DNA from: an uncultured Gemmatimonadales bacterium
GTDB taxonomy: Bacteria > Gemmatimonadota > Gemmatimonadetes > Gemmatimonadales > GWC2-71-9
NCBI GenBank assembly: GCA_963748815.1
Contig: CAVVKJ010000010.1
Span: 800,001-864,000, forward strand
DNA: 64,000 nucleotides
Direction: 5' to 3'
The translations under genes and the position numbers were made by a program. Every line of letters begins with the position of its first letter. The first letter of the stretch is position 1. The notes below the pieces were generated by a model. It did not search any database. It worked only from the letters and a program-made list of their open reading frames with translations, and was not told the DNA's origin. Below, one piece after another: positions 1-8,925 of this stretch.

Positions 1-451
1 GAGCGCCAAGGCCGGGCAGGTTCCGGTGGCCGGCGTGCCCGACTCCGGGAACATCAGCGTCGGCCTGAGCCTCGAGGTCCGGACGGTCATCGGCGTGGTC
101 TACCGGAAGGGTGCCCTCACCACGGGCATCACGCTGGCCCCGATCAGCGCGGCGTATGCCGCCGACACGGTGGCCGTGCGGGTGCCGATGACCCGCACGG
201 GCACCGCCGCCTACCTCGGGACGGCGCGCGTCCAGCTCGTCGATGGCCGCGGGACGACCGTCGCCGAGGCCGACCGCGCCGTCGGCGTGTACTACACCCT
301 CGACCCCCGTCTCGACGTCGCGGTGGATTCGCTGCCGCCGGGCGCGTACAAGGTGCGGGTGAGCGTGTCCACCGACCGGTCCGACCTCCCGGCGCGGGCG
401 GCCCTCCCGGCCCCGCCGGTCCGCGATTCGGTGGAGATCCGGATCAAGTGA
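1..451 (+). CDS. Partial (5'-truncated) pilus-assembly chaperone-like Ig-fold protein
   Basis: Beta-rich C-terminus (RTGTAAYLG...LPPGAYKVRV); directly upstream of pilin-like and usher-like genes; GTGA overlap with the next gene. Confidence 0.5.
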   Translation, partial: SAKAGQVPVAGVPDSGNISVGLSLEVRTVIGVVYRKGALTTGITLAPISAAYAADTVAVRVPMTRTGTAAYLGTARVQLVDGRGTTVAEADRAVGVYYTLDPRLDVAVDSLPPGAYKVRVSVSTDRSDLPARAALPAPPVRDSVEIRIK

Positions 452-966
452 AGCGCCTCGCCCTCGCCCTGCTCTGCGCGCTCGCGCCGACGGTAGCGTC
501 GGCGCAGGGCGTGTCCGTCTCGGGCCGGGCGACGGCGACCGTCTACACAGTCCCCATCACCTTTCTGAACCTGCAGAGCCTCAATTTCGCCACGGTCACT
601 CGCGGCGTTCCGAAGACCGTGGTCCAGAACACCGCCGCCGCGGGAAAGGTGCGGGTGTCGGGGCAACCGAACGCCTTCACCCAGGTCCGGTTCACCCTCC
701 CGACGCAGCTGCCGAACATCCAGGCGGTGCCCGGGATCAACATGCCGATCAGCTTCGCCGCCAACTCGGCGCGCTGGCGGCGCGCCACCGACGCGACCGG
801 CGGCGGCACGACCTTCAACCCGGCCGTCGGGGTGAACAATGCCCGCTTCGGCGGGAATGCCAACCCGTACTTTTTCGTGTATCTTGGTGGCACCGTGACT
901 CCATCTCTCACGCAGGCACCGGGCATCTATCAGGGAACGATCATCCTGACCATCACCTACCTCTAG
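448..966 (+). CDS. Pilin/fimbrial subunit-like protein (DUF4402-like)
   Basis: Signal peptide (ASA-Q), LNFA motif near N-terminus, C-terminal PGIYQGTIILTITYL strand typical of donor-strand pilins. Confidence 0.7.
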   Translation: MKRLALALLCALAPTVASAQGVSVSGRATATVYTVPITFLNLQSLNFATVTRGVPKTVVQNTAAAGKVRVSGQPNAFTQVRFTLPTQLPNIQAVPGINMPISFAANSARWRRATDATGGGTTFNPAVGVNNARFGGNANPYFFVYLGGTVTPSLTQAPGIYQGTIILTITYL

Positions 967-967
967 C

Positions 968-3919
968 ATGCTGGTGGGGCTTCTGGCCAAGCTGGTCGCA
1001 GCGCTGATTTTCGTACTCGTCGTCGTCGGCGTGTTTGTCGGCGGGGAGAAGTTTGTGTCGGTGGTCGACAAGGCGAGCGGCCCCGCTCCACCAACCGCCG
1101 TGCGCGCCGTCCCCGAGTCCGTCCCCCACACTCCATACAAGCCGCTGACCCAACCGAGCCCGACGCGCAAACCAGCGCCCTCGGTCGCTGTCTTGACCCC
1201 AACACAGCCGCCGCCCGGCCCCGCCGCCCAGCCCCCCCGCCCCAAGCGCGGTGCCCTCCGCCCAAGCATCGAGCCGCAGCAGCCCCGGCCGGCCCCGACC
1301 CCCTCGCCGCCGCGACGTACCGAACCCCAGCCCAAGCCCCGTGAACCCGAACCCGAGCCGGCTCCCCGCCCCGCCGCCCCGCTGCCCGCCCCCGCAGCGC
1401 CAGCTGCGGCTGGCCCCGCTGACCAGCCTACCGAAGGTCTGGAGCCCGTGCTCATTGACCTGGCTCTCGGGCGGCTGGTCAGCCGGACCGTGGCGGCGTA
1501 TCGCAACGACGGCACCGCGCTGGTGCCGCTCTCGGCGTTCTTCGATCTCGCCGAGATCGGATACAGCATTTCGCCGGACGGGGTGCTGGACGCCCGCCTC
1601 GAGCCGAGCGGCGACATGCTCCGCGTCGCGGCCGGGGCCGACACCGCCTCGGTCGGCAAGCGCCGGGTCGCGGTCAGCCCCTCAACCCTGTTCGTCCGGG
1701 ACGGGGAGCTGTACATCGCCACGGAGCCCCTCGGCGAATTGCTTGACGTCCAGTTCGAGGTGAGCTGGCCGGATCTGACGGCGACGGTCCTCAACCCCGA
1801 TTCGCTGCCGGTGGCCCGGCGGCTGCGGCGCGACCAGATGCGCGCCCTGCTCGCGCAGCGGAACGGGGCCCGGCCCGACACCGTGCTCGGACCGATGCGG
1901 ACCAAGTGGGACGGCATGGTCCTGGATTACAACGTGGCGTTCCCGTTTTCCGACAATCTCGTCGGCGGCGCCTCGTATCAGTTTGCCCTCGGAGCCCAGG
2001 TGGGCGGGGGGGCGCTCGAGGTCGGGGTCCGGAGCCTTGGCACGATCGACTACGGCACGACGGAATTCGCCGCGACGTGGAAAGGCGTCTGGATCGACAA
2101 CGCCTACGTCAAACAGCTCACGCTCGGCACGACGACGCTGACCGGGCCCCGGTACGCCGGCGTCCGTGGCGTCGCGGTGACGAATTCACCCTACGTTCGG
2201 CCCAGCTACGTCGGGCAACTCGACTACTACGGCCGCCTCGAGCCGGGATGGCAGCTGGAGGCGTACTCCGGGGCCCAGCTCGTGGCGTACGACTCGATCG
2301 GGGCGAGCGGCGATTACAACATCACGCTGCCCGTGGGCTACGGCGAGAATCCGGTGGACTTCATCGCGTACGGTCCCACCGGCCAGGTGCGCCGGTTCAA
2401 CCAGACGTATCGCGTCGTCAGCGAGCAGTTGCCCTACCGGCGCTTCGAGTACGGCGTGGCCGCCGGCGAATGCGTCTCCACGTTGTGCAACGGGGCGCTG
2501 AACGCCGACCTCCACTACGGCCTCTCGCGCCGCGTCACGGTCCGCGGCGGCGTGGAAGGCTACTCCCGTGACGGCCTGAACGACCTCGTCCATCCCTACG
2601 CGGTCGCGACCGGCCTGATCGGCAACAGCTTTACGCTGGAGGGCGAGGCGGTCGGCAACGGCTGGGTGCGCGGCGCGCTTCGCTTCGAGCCGTCGCTCAA
2701 CCTGCGCCTCGCCTCCGGATACACGGCGTTCGACGAGACGGTGGAGCGGTCGGTCATCGCGCCGGAGGGGCGGCGGTCGCAGTGGCTCTTCGACGCCTTC
2801 CTGCGCCCGATCCCCTCGCTCGCCTCGCTGTACTTCCAGGCCACCGCCGAGCTCGACGACGGGGTGGACGCGGACATGAGCCGCGCCCGGATCCAGGCCT
2901 CCGTCCAGGTCGACGGGGTGCGCCTCTACCCCTACGTCCGCTTCGAGCGCTTCGCCCCGTCGCTCGGGGATGCGACCCGCCAGCAATACGCCGGGCTCAC
3001 GGCCTACGCGAACGGCCGGCCATCCTGGGGCTCGGCGCTGGGGGGACTGTGGTTTCGCGGCGACGTGGAAGCTGGGGGGGAGGGCGACGGGGTAAACCTG
3101 GCGGCGGTCACGGTCGCGCGGGGCTTCGGACCGGCGCTTCGGGTCGAGGGGGGAGCCGCGTGGAGGCGCAGCGTGCCGGGGACCACCTTCACCCTGTCCC
3201 TCGTTTCCTACCTGCCGACCCTCCAGGCGACCACCACCGCGATCGCTCCCACGGCGGAGCCGGGCAGCGTCTACCAGACCGTGCAGGGGGCGCTGATCTA
3301 CGACAAGAACCAGGGTCGGGTCACGGCGAACCCGAACGCCGGCATCCAGCGCTCCGGCGTCAGCGGCACGGTGTTCGTGGACGACAACGCCAACGGGGTG
3401 CAGGACCTGGAAGAGCCCGGCGCCCCCGGTGTCCGCGTGGTCGTCGGCTCCTTCACGACCCGGACGGACAGCGCGGGCCGCTACCACATCTGGGACATTC
3501 CCGCCTTCGAGCCCGTGCTCGTGCAGATCGACTCCACCTCGCTGGAGAACCCGCTCTATGTGCCGGCGTTCACCTCCGCGAGCCTGCAGCCGCCGCCCAA
3601 CGCCTACCGCACCTTCGACCTGCCGCTGGTGACGGGGGCGGTGCTGGAGGGGCGCGTGCTCTATGAGGGGACGCCGATGCCCGGCGTGACGCTCGTGCTC
3701 ACGAACCGCTCGAACGGGAAGCAGACGTCGATCGCCACCTTCTCGGACGGCACCTTCTATGTGCTGGGAGTCAAGCCGGGGAACTACACCCTCGAGGTGG
3801 ACGCGCGCGACCTCTCGGCGCGGCGCCTGACCGGCACGACGCTGCAGATTACCGCGCAGCCGAACGCGCCGGATCAGTTGAGCAACCTGGTGGTGGAGGT
3901 GCGGGGGGCGCCTAGGTAA
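968..3919 (+). CDS. Usher-like outer-membrane protein with N-terminal hydrophobic helix, Pro-rich linker and C-terminal carboxypeptidase-regulatory/SdrD-like domains
   Basis: 983 aa; amphipathic beta-strand region; plug-like LPVGYGENPVDFIAYGPTGQ; GTVFVDDNANGVQDLEEPG and TFSDGTFYVLGVKPGNYTL Ig-like repeats. Confidence 0.65.
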   Translation: MLVGLLAKLVAALIFVLVVVGVFVGGEKFVSVVDKASGPAPPTAVRAVPESVPHTPYKPLTQPSPTRKPAPSVAVLTPTQPPPGPAAQPPRPKRGALRPSIEPQQPRPAPTPSPPRRTEPQPKPREPEPEPAPRPAAPLPAPAAPAAAGPADQPTEGLEPVLIDLALGRLVSRTVAAYRNDGTALVPLSAFFDLAEIGYSISPDGVLDARLEPSGDMLRVAAGADTASVGKRRVAVSPSTLFVRDGELYIATEPLGELLDVQFEVSWPDLTATVLNPDSLPVARRLRRDQMRALLAQRNGARPDTVLGPMRTKWDGMVLDYNVAFPFSDNLVGGASYQFALGAQVGGGALEVGVRSLGTIDYGTTEFAATWKGVWIDNAYVKQLTLGTTTLTGPRYAGVRGVAVTNSPYVRPSYVGQLDYYGRLEPGWQLEAYSGAQLVAYDSIGASGDYNITLPVGYGENPVDFIAYGPTGQVRRFNQTYRVVSEQLPYRRFEYGVAAGECVSTLCNGALNADLHYGLSRRVTVRGGVEGYSRDGLNDLVHPYAVATGLIGNSFTLEGEAVGNGWVRGALRFEPSLNLRLASGYTAFDETVERSVIAPEGRRSQWLFDAFLRPIPSLASLYFQATAELDDGVDADMSRARIQASVQVDGVRLYPYVRFERFAPSLGDATRQQYAGLTAYANGRPSWGSALGGLWFRGDVEAGGEGDGVNLAAVTVARGFGPALRVEGGAAWRRSVPGTTFTLSLVSYLPTLQATTTAIAPTAEPGSVYQTVQGALIYDKNQGRVTANPNAGIQRSGVSGTVFVDDNANGVQDLEEPGAPGVRVVVGSFTTRTDSAGRYHIWDIPAFEPVLVQIDSTSLENPLYVPAFTSASLQPPPNAYRTFDLPLVTGAVLEGRVLYEGTPMPGVTLVLTNRSNGKQTSIATFSDGTFYVLGVKPGNYTLEVDARDLSARRLTGTTLQITAQPNAPDQLSNLVVEVRGAPR

Positions 3920-4847
3920 GAATTGCCCGCTGCTGCTGTTGCATGGTCCGCAGTTGCCACGTTTCCGCGACGATCCCGCCCAGCAGGAAGACCAGCGCCG
4001 TATACCACACCCAGAGCACGGTGAGGATCAGGGCGGTCAGGTGGAAGTCCACCGAGACCGTCTGCAGCATCGCCACCCGCCCCACGTACATCGCGAAGAG
4101 CCGTTTGGCCAGGTCGAACGCCAGGGCCCCGAAGGCCGACGCCACCAGCGCCGCCTGCGTATCGATGCGCCGGAGCGAGGCGTACTTGTAGAGCAGGAAG
4201 AAGAGGGTGAAGGTGAGCAGCAGCCCCAGCGCCTCGGGAATCCACCGCCCGAACGACGAGAAGAGGAATCCCACCAGGGGCGAGTCGACCTCGCCGTAGG
4301 CGCGCGCCACGCGAATCCCCGCGGTGATGGCCGTCGTGAGGAGGAAGACGCCGAGGGTCAGGATGACCATCCCGACGTCGCGGAGCTTGCTCAGGAGATA
4401 GCTCACGAGGAAGTGGCGCCGCTTGGGCGGGCGGACGCTCACATCGTACATCTGGTTGAGCGCGGTGCGGATGCTGGCGAAGAGGCGGGTGCTGAACCAG
4501 AGGAACGCCGGCACGGCATACAACGAGAGCTTGCCACCGTACTCCGCCACCCGGCCCAGGATCTCCTCGAGGAGGAAGAACGGATCGCTGCCCGCCGTGG
4601 TGTCGTGTCTCGGTAGGAACGCCTCGAAAAAATGCGGCAGGTCGATGGCCCCCGTTCCCGCCCACGGCTGCGCCAGCTCGGTCAGGCCGACCAGCAGCAG
4701 GAGGACGAAGGGGATCGCGGCGAGGAGCGCGTCGAAGGTGAGCGCGCTCGCGAGGAAGGGCACATGATTTTCGTCGGCCGCCTGCAGCGTCCGGCGAAGG
4801 AAACCGCGGAACGAGCGATGCCAGCCACGAATCCGTTTCCGGTTCAG
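3912..4847 (-). CDS. YihY/BrkB family membrane protein
   Basis: LASALTFDALLAAIPF, RTALNQMYDV, WVWYTALVFLLGG. The frame stays open upstream of 4763 to a CTG at 4847 overlapping the previous stop, so the start is uncertain. Confidence 0.85.
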   Translation of the reverse strand: MNRKRIRGWHRSFRGFLRRTLQAADENHVPFLASALTFDALLAAIPFVLLLLVGLTELAQPWAGTGAIDLPHFFEAFLPRHDTTAGSDPFFLLEEILGRVAEYGGKLSLYAVPAFLWFSTRLFASIRTALNQMYDVSVRPPKRRHFLVSYLLSKLRDVGMVILTLGVFLLTTAITAGIRVARAYGEVDSPLVGFLFSSFGRWIPEALGLLLTFTLFFLLYKYASLRRIDTQAALVASAFGALAFDLAKRLFAMYVGRVAMLQTVSVDFHLTALILTVLWVWYTALVFLLGGIVAETWQLRTMQQQQRAILT

Positions 4848-5272
4848 ATGGCGGGCTCCTCGTCGTCGGCCATGGCGGCTGCCCGACGGCGGGCCCGCGC
4901 GTCGGCCAGCCGCCGCTCGAGTTCCTCCCGCGCCGAATGGCTGGCGCCGCGGACGGCGTCCCGGGCGTCAGAGGCGCGCTCCCGCACATCGCTGACCCGG
5001 TCGTGGAGGGCCTCCTTGACCCGCTCCGCCTCGTCGCGCACCCGGTCCTTCCCCTCCTCGAACCGGTCGCCCAGTTCGTCCAGCCCATCCTCGGCCAGGT
5101 CGCGCAGGTCGCGCGCCTTCCGCTTGATGAGCCGCCGGGTGTGCTCCCCGCTGTGCGGGGCGAAGAGCAGCGCCAGCGCGCCGCCGAGGGCGGCGCCGGC
5201 CAGGAACCACTTCACGCCGGAGCCGCTGTCATCCCTCACGTAGACGATTTCGTCATCCTCATGGCGTGCCAT
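4844..5272 (-). CDS. YtxH domain-containing protein
   Basis: FLAGAALGGALALLFAPHSGEHTRRLI followed by a charged coiled coil. Confidence 0.9.
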   Translation of the reverse strand: MARHEDDEIVYVRDDSGSGVKWFLAGAALGGALALLFAPHSGEHTRRLIKRKARDLRDLAEDGLDELGDRFEEGKDRVRDEAERVKEALHDRVSDVRERASDARDAVRGASHSAREELERRLADARARRRAAAMADDEEPAI

Positions 5273-5273
5273 G

Positions 5274-6689
5274 TCATTCTCCCGCGTCTGGGTCGTCCTC
5301 GGCGGAGACCGACACCTTCTCCAGCGAGGCGTGATGTTGCACGGGCGCGTGGATGTACCGATCCACCAGGGTGTCGGTGCCGTTGACGTTCAGCTGCTCG
5401 AAGAGGAAGCGGAAGGTGCGCTCCAGGTCGGCCGCGATCGCGTCGCGCACCCCCTGCGGCAGCGACCAGCATTCCTCCTTGAAGGGCCCGATGGCCTTCT
5501 TGCGCGCCTTGTAGTAGAACTGCTCCTCGGAGTCGTCGGCCTTGCGGTCGCCCTGCGCGTTCTCGTCCAGCCAGGCGTACATCCGCCCGCGCAGCTCGGC
5601 CGGCAGCTTCGGGTGGTCGAAGACGATGTTCTGGAAATTGGTGGCGAGGTGGATTTCGCACGCCTCCACCCGCGGGAAGTTCCCGAAGGCGTTGCTCGGC
5701 AGCGTACTGGCCCCGTGCTGCACCGCCCCGGCCGTGCCGTAGTCCTGCCGGGCGGCCTTGCTCAGCGCCGCCAGCGCCTCGAGGTCCAGCTTGACCGCGG
5801 CGATGCTGCCGTCGGGGAGCACCACGCCGCCGTGCGAGGTGCCCGTCTGCACCGAGATCTTGCTCAGGCCGTCCGCGACCCCGAGCCCATCCAGCGTGGT
5901 TCGACAGCCCCGCATGAAGGCATGCAGCTCCTCCACGGTGCTGTTCTTGTGGCCCACCTCGCCGATCTCGCCGCCGACCGAGACGGTGATCCCCTCGGGT
6001 TCCCGCTCGCGGATGAAGGCGGTGATTTCCGCGCACCGCTCGAAGTTGTCGCGCTGCTGCTCTTCGAGGGTGGGCCGGGACAGGTCGACCAGGGTCGAGG
6101 TGTCCACGTCGATGTTGTAGAACCCGGCGGCCACTTCCTCCGCAATCAGCTTCTTGACCTCGCCCACCTCGCCCTCGGGGTCGGTGGCGTACTTCTTGGC
6201 GTTGACCTGGCAGTGGTCGCCCTGGATGAACAGGGGGAGGGTGTAGCCCTCGCGCAGCGCCGCGGCGATGATGACCGCCACATATTCGTCGGGCCGCTGG
6301 GCGGTGTAGGCGATCTCGCTCCGGGCGATTTCGAGGAGGATGGCCCCCGCCTTGCCAGCCAGCGCGGCCCGGAACACCGCCCGGGCGGTGTCGTAGGCCA
6401 GCATCCGCACGTTGATGGCGGGCACCGTGAACCCGCCGCACTCGCCGCGGCCCCGCGCGAGGTACAGGTCGTTGATGGACGCCGGGCGCGCCCCGGTGGC
6501 CTGCCCCAGCTCCCAGAGCAGCCAGCGGGCCGCGTCACGCTCCGGCTCGTCGCCGAAGACTGCCTGGCGCACGAGGGCGTCCGTGGCGGGTCCACGGAGC
6601 GCCGCGGCGTTGGTGAGCCGGATGCCGCCCGGCACCTGGGTCACCGCGCCGCCGAAGAGTTGCACCGCCTGTCGCACGTGGTCAGTCAC
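5274..6689 (-). CDS. Class II fructose-bisphosphate aldolase family protein (long form)
   Basis: FTVPAINVR, FIQGDH, GGEIGEVG, GTSHGG, VQHGAS, IHLATNFQN motifs; start set at GTG 6689. Confidence 0.85.
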   Translation of the reverse strand: MTDHVRQAVQLFGGAVTQVPGGIRLTNAAALRGPATDALVRQAVFGDEPERDAARWLLWELGQATGARPASINDLYLARGRGECGGFTVPAINVRMLAYDTARAVFRAALAGKAGAILLEIARSEIAYTAQRPDEYVAVIIAAALREGYTLPLFIQGDHCQVNAKKYATDPEGEVGEVKKLIAEEVAAGFYNIDVDTSTLVDLSRPTLEEQQRDNFERCAEITAFIREREPEGITVSVGGEIGEVGHKNSTVEELHAFMRGCRTTLDGLGVADGLSKISVQTGTSHGGVVLPDGSIAAVKLDLEALAALSKAARQDYGTAGAVQHGASTLPSNAFGNFPRVEACEIHLATNFQNIVFDHPKLPAELRGRMYAWLDENAQGDRKADDSEEQFYYKARKKAIGPFKEECWSLPQGVRDAIAADLERTFRFLFEQLNVNGTDTLVDRYIHAPVQHHASLEKVSVSAEDDPDAGE

Positions 6690-6765
6690 GCAATACGTCC
6701 TGGTAGATGGGAACAGGGCCGGATGGCAAAATCTAGACCGCCCGCGGCCCCAGCGCCAAACCGAT

Positions 6766-8145
6766 TCACGCCGTGTCCGGATCGGGCTCCAGAGCGGGTT
6801 CCGGCGCCTCATACCCGACCCGACCGAGCGCCCCGAAGGTCAGCCGCTTGCCGAGCTCGACCCCCGGCTGATCGAAGGGATCGACCCCGTACCAGCAGCC
6901 GGCATATCCCGTGGCGAGCTGGAAGAACATGAGGAGTTCCCCGACGGATTGAGGCGACAGGTCGGGCAGGGCCAGGGTGCAGTTCATCCGGCCCATCCGC
7001 GCGAGCGCCGCGGCGGTCGCCTCGTACTCGGCCTGCAGGAGGCCGCCGAGTGTCCGTCCGCTGAGGCACGCCACCTCCTCCGGCATCGCCTCGAGTTCGG
7101 GAATCGGCAGGTCCTCGCCGGGATCCGCGACCGTCACGAAGGTGATGAGCTTGTCGAACGGCCCTTCCATGAAGAGCTGGACCTGCGAGTGCTGGTCCGT
7201 GGCGCCGACGGAGGCGATCGGTGTGGGCCCGGTGTGCACCACCTGCCCCGTCCGGTCCACCCGCTTGCCGAGGCTCTCCGCCCAGAGCTGACGGAACCAC
7301 TCCGCGACGTCGCGGAGGCGGTCGCTGTAGGGCATCAGCACGTGGAGGCGCGCCCCGACCTGGGTGTCGGCCGCCCAGTGCAGCGCGGCGAACAAGGCCG
7401 CGGGGTTCGTGAGCAGGTCGCTTCCCTCCGCGCGCGCCACGGCGCGGCCCGCCCCCGCCACGAGGGCGGCGATGTCGATCCCGACCAGCGCGGCCGGGAG
7501 GAGCCCCACGGGGGAGAGCACGCTGAAGCGCCCGCCGACGTCGGGAGGCACCTCGAGCGTGGCGATCCCCTCGCGGGTGGCGAGCGCGCGCAGGGCGCCC
7601 TTTTCCGGATCGGTGGTAAAGACGAGGTGCCGGCTGGCGGCTCCGCCGAGCGCGTCATCGAGCCACTTCCGGACGACGAGGTACTGGGCGAGCGTCTCGG
7701 CGGTCCCGCCCGACTTGCTGATCACGTTGACCAGGACGCGCCGGGGGTCGATGCGCCGGAGCGCCGCGGCCACCGACGTGGGATCGACGTTGTCGAGCAG
7801 GGTCAGCCGGGGAAAGAACTCCCGCGCCTCGTCGTCGAGCTCGTTCCAGGCCGGCGGCCGCAGCGCCGAGAGGAGGGCGCGGGTGCCGAGGGCGGAACCG
7901 CCGATGCCGAGCACCAGCACGTGGTCGTGCGCCTGCCCCAGTCCCTCGGCGAAGGCGGCGATCTGGCGGACGGTCGCGGCCTGGCTGGCGAGTCCGTAGA
8001 AGCCGTACTCGCCAGCCGCCCGGCGCTCCCGGACCTCCGCCTGCACCGCACCGAACCGGCGCGACATTTCCTCGAGCCGTCGGCGCGGAATGCCGTGGTC
8101 ACCGTCGAGCCGGTCCTGGAGGACCCTGCCGTACTGCAGCTTCAT
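6766..8145 (-). CDS. pgi: Glucose-6-phosphate isomerase
   Basis: GIGGSALG, ISKSGGTAET, VGGRFSVLS, QLWAESLGK, TDQHSQVQL, PFDQPGVELGK. Confidence 0.95.
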   Translation of the reverse strand: MKLQYGRVLQDRLDGDHGIPRRRLEEMSRRFGAVQAEVRERRAAGEYGFYGLASQAATVRQIAAFAEGLGQAHDHVLVLGIGGSALGTRALLSALRPPAWNELDDEAREFFPRLTLLDNVDPTSVAAALRRIDPRRVLVNVISKSGGTAETLAQYLVVRKWLDDALGGAASRHLVFTTDPEKGALRALATREGIATLEVPPDVGGRFSVLSPVGLLPAALVGIDIAALVAGAGRAVARAEGSDLLTNPAALFAALHWAADTQVGARLHVLMPYSDRLRDVAEWFRQLWAESLGKRVDRTGQVVHTGPTPIASVGATDQHSQVQLFMEGPFDKLITFVTVADPGEDLPIPELEAMPEEVACLSGRTLGGLLQAEYEATAAALARMGRMNCTLALPDLSPQSVGELLMFFQLATGYAGCWYGVDPFDQPGVELGKRLTFGALGRVGYEAPEPALEPDPDTA

Positions 8146-8921
8146 TGCGCGACCTCCACCGTCAGTCCGTCGTATGCCGGCGCCACACCGTCGGGCAGCC
8201 GGGCCGCCAGCTCCGCGTGCCCCGTTTCGTGCGTGAGGTGGGTCAGGTAGGTGCGCGTGGCCCCGAGCTCGCGGGAGAGCGCGACCGCCTCGTCGATGCT
8301 GAGATGCGTCGGGTGAGGCCGCCACCAGAGGGCGTTGAGCACCAGCACCTCGATCCCCTGCAGGGCACCCCGTTCGACCGTCCCGACCTCCTTCACGTCG
8401 GTCAGGTAGGCGAGCTTGCCGAACCGGTACCCGTACACCCGAAGATGGCCGTGCGGGAAGGCGAGCGGCAGGACCGGGACGCCCTCGACGGTGGTGGCCA
8501 CGCCGGGTTGAAGCGGATGCGGTTCGAGGTGCGGCTTGGAGGTGCCTTCGAAGGCGGTGACGCCCGGATCGAAGATGTAGCGGTAGGACGCCTCGAGCTG
8601 CGACAGCGTTTCCGGCGGACCGTAGATCGGCAGGTGGCGCTTGCTGCGCACCGTGAAGATGCGGAGGTCGTCGATGCCCGCCGTGTGGTCGGCGTGCTCA
8701 TGGGTGTAGAGGACGGCCGAGAGGGATGTCACGCCGTGCGCGACAAGCTGTAACCGCAGTTCAGGGGGGCTGTCGAGGAGGAGATTCGTGTCGCCGACCT
8801 GGAGGAGCGCCCCGGTGCGGGTGCGGCGGTCGCGCGGATCGTCGGAACGGCAGACGGCGCACCCGCAGCCCACCTGCGGCACGCCGAAGGAGGTGCCGGT
8901 GCCGAGGAAGGTGAGGCGCAT
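8142..8921 (-). CDS. MBL-fold metallo-hydrolase, PhnP-like
   Basis: FLGTGTSFGVP, CGCAVC, THEHADH, YLTD, THLTH, AYDGL. Confidence 0.9.
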   Translation of the reverse strand: MRLTFLGTGTSFGVPQVGCGCAVCRSDDPRDRRTRTGALLQVGDTNLLLDSPPELRLQLVAHGVTSLSAVLYTHEHADHTAGIDDLRIFTVRSKRHLPIYGPPETLSQLEASYRYIFDPGVTAFEGTSKPHLEPHPLQPGVATTVEGVPVLPLAFPHGHLRVYGYRFGKLAYLTDVKEVGTVERGALQGIEVLVLNALWWRPHPTHLSIDEAVALSRELGATRTYLTHLTHETGHAELAARLPDGVAPAYDGLTVEVAQ

Positions 8922-8925
8922 CGTG

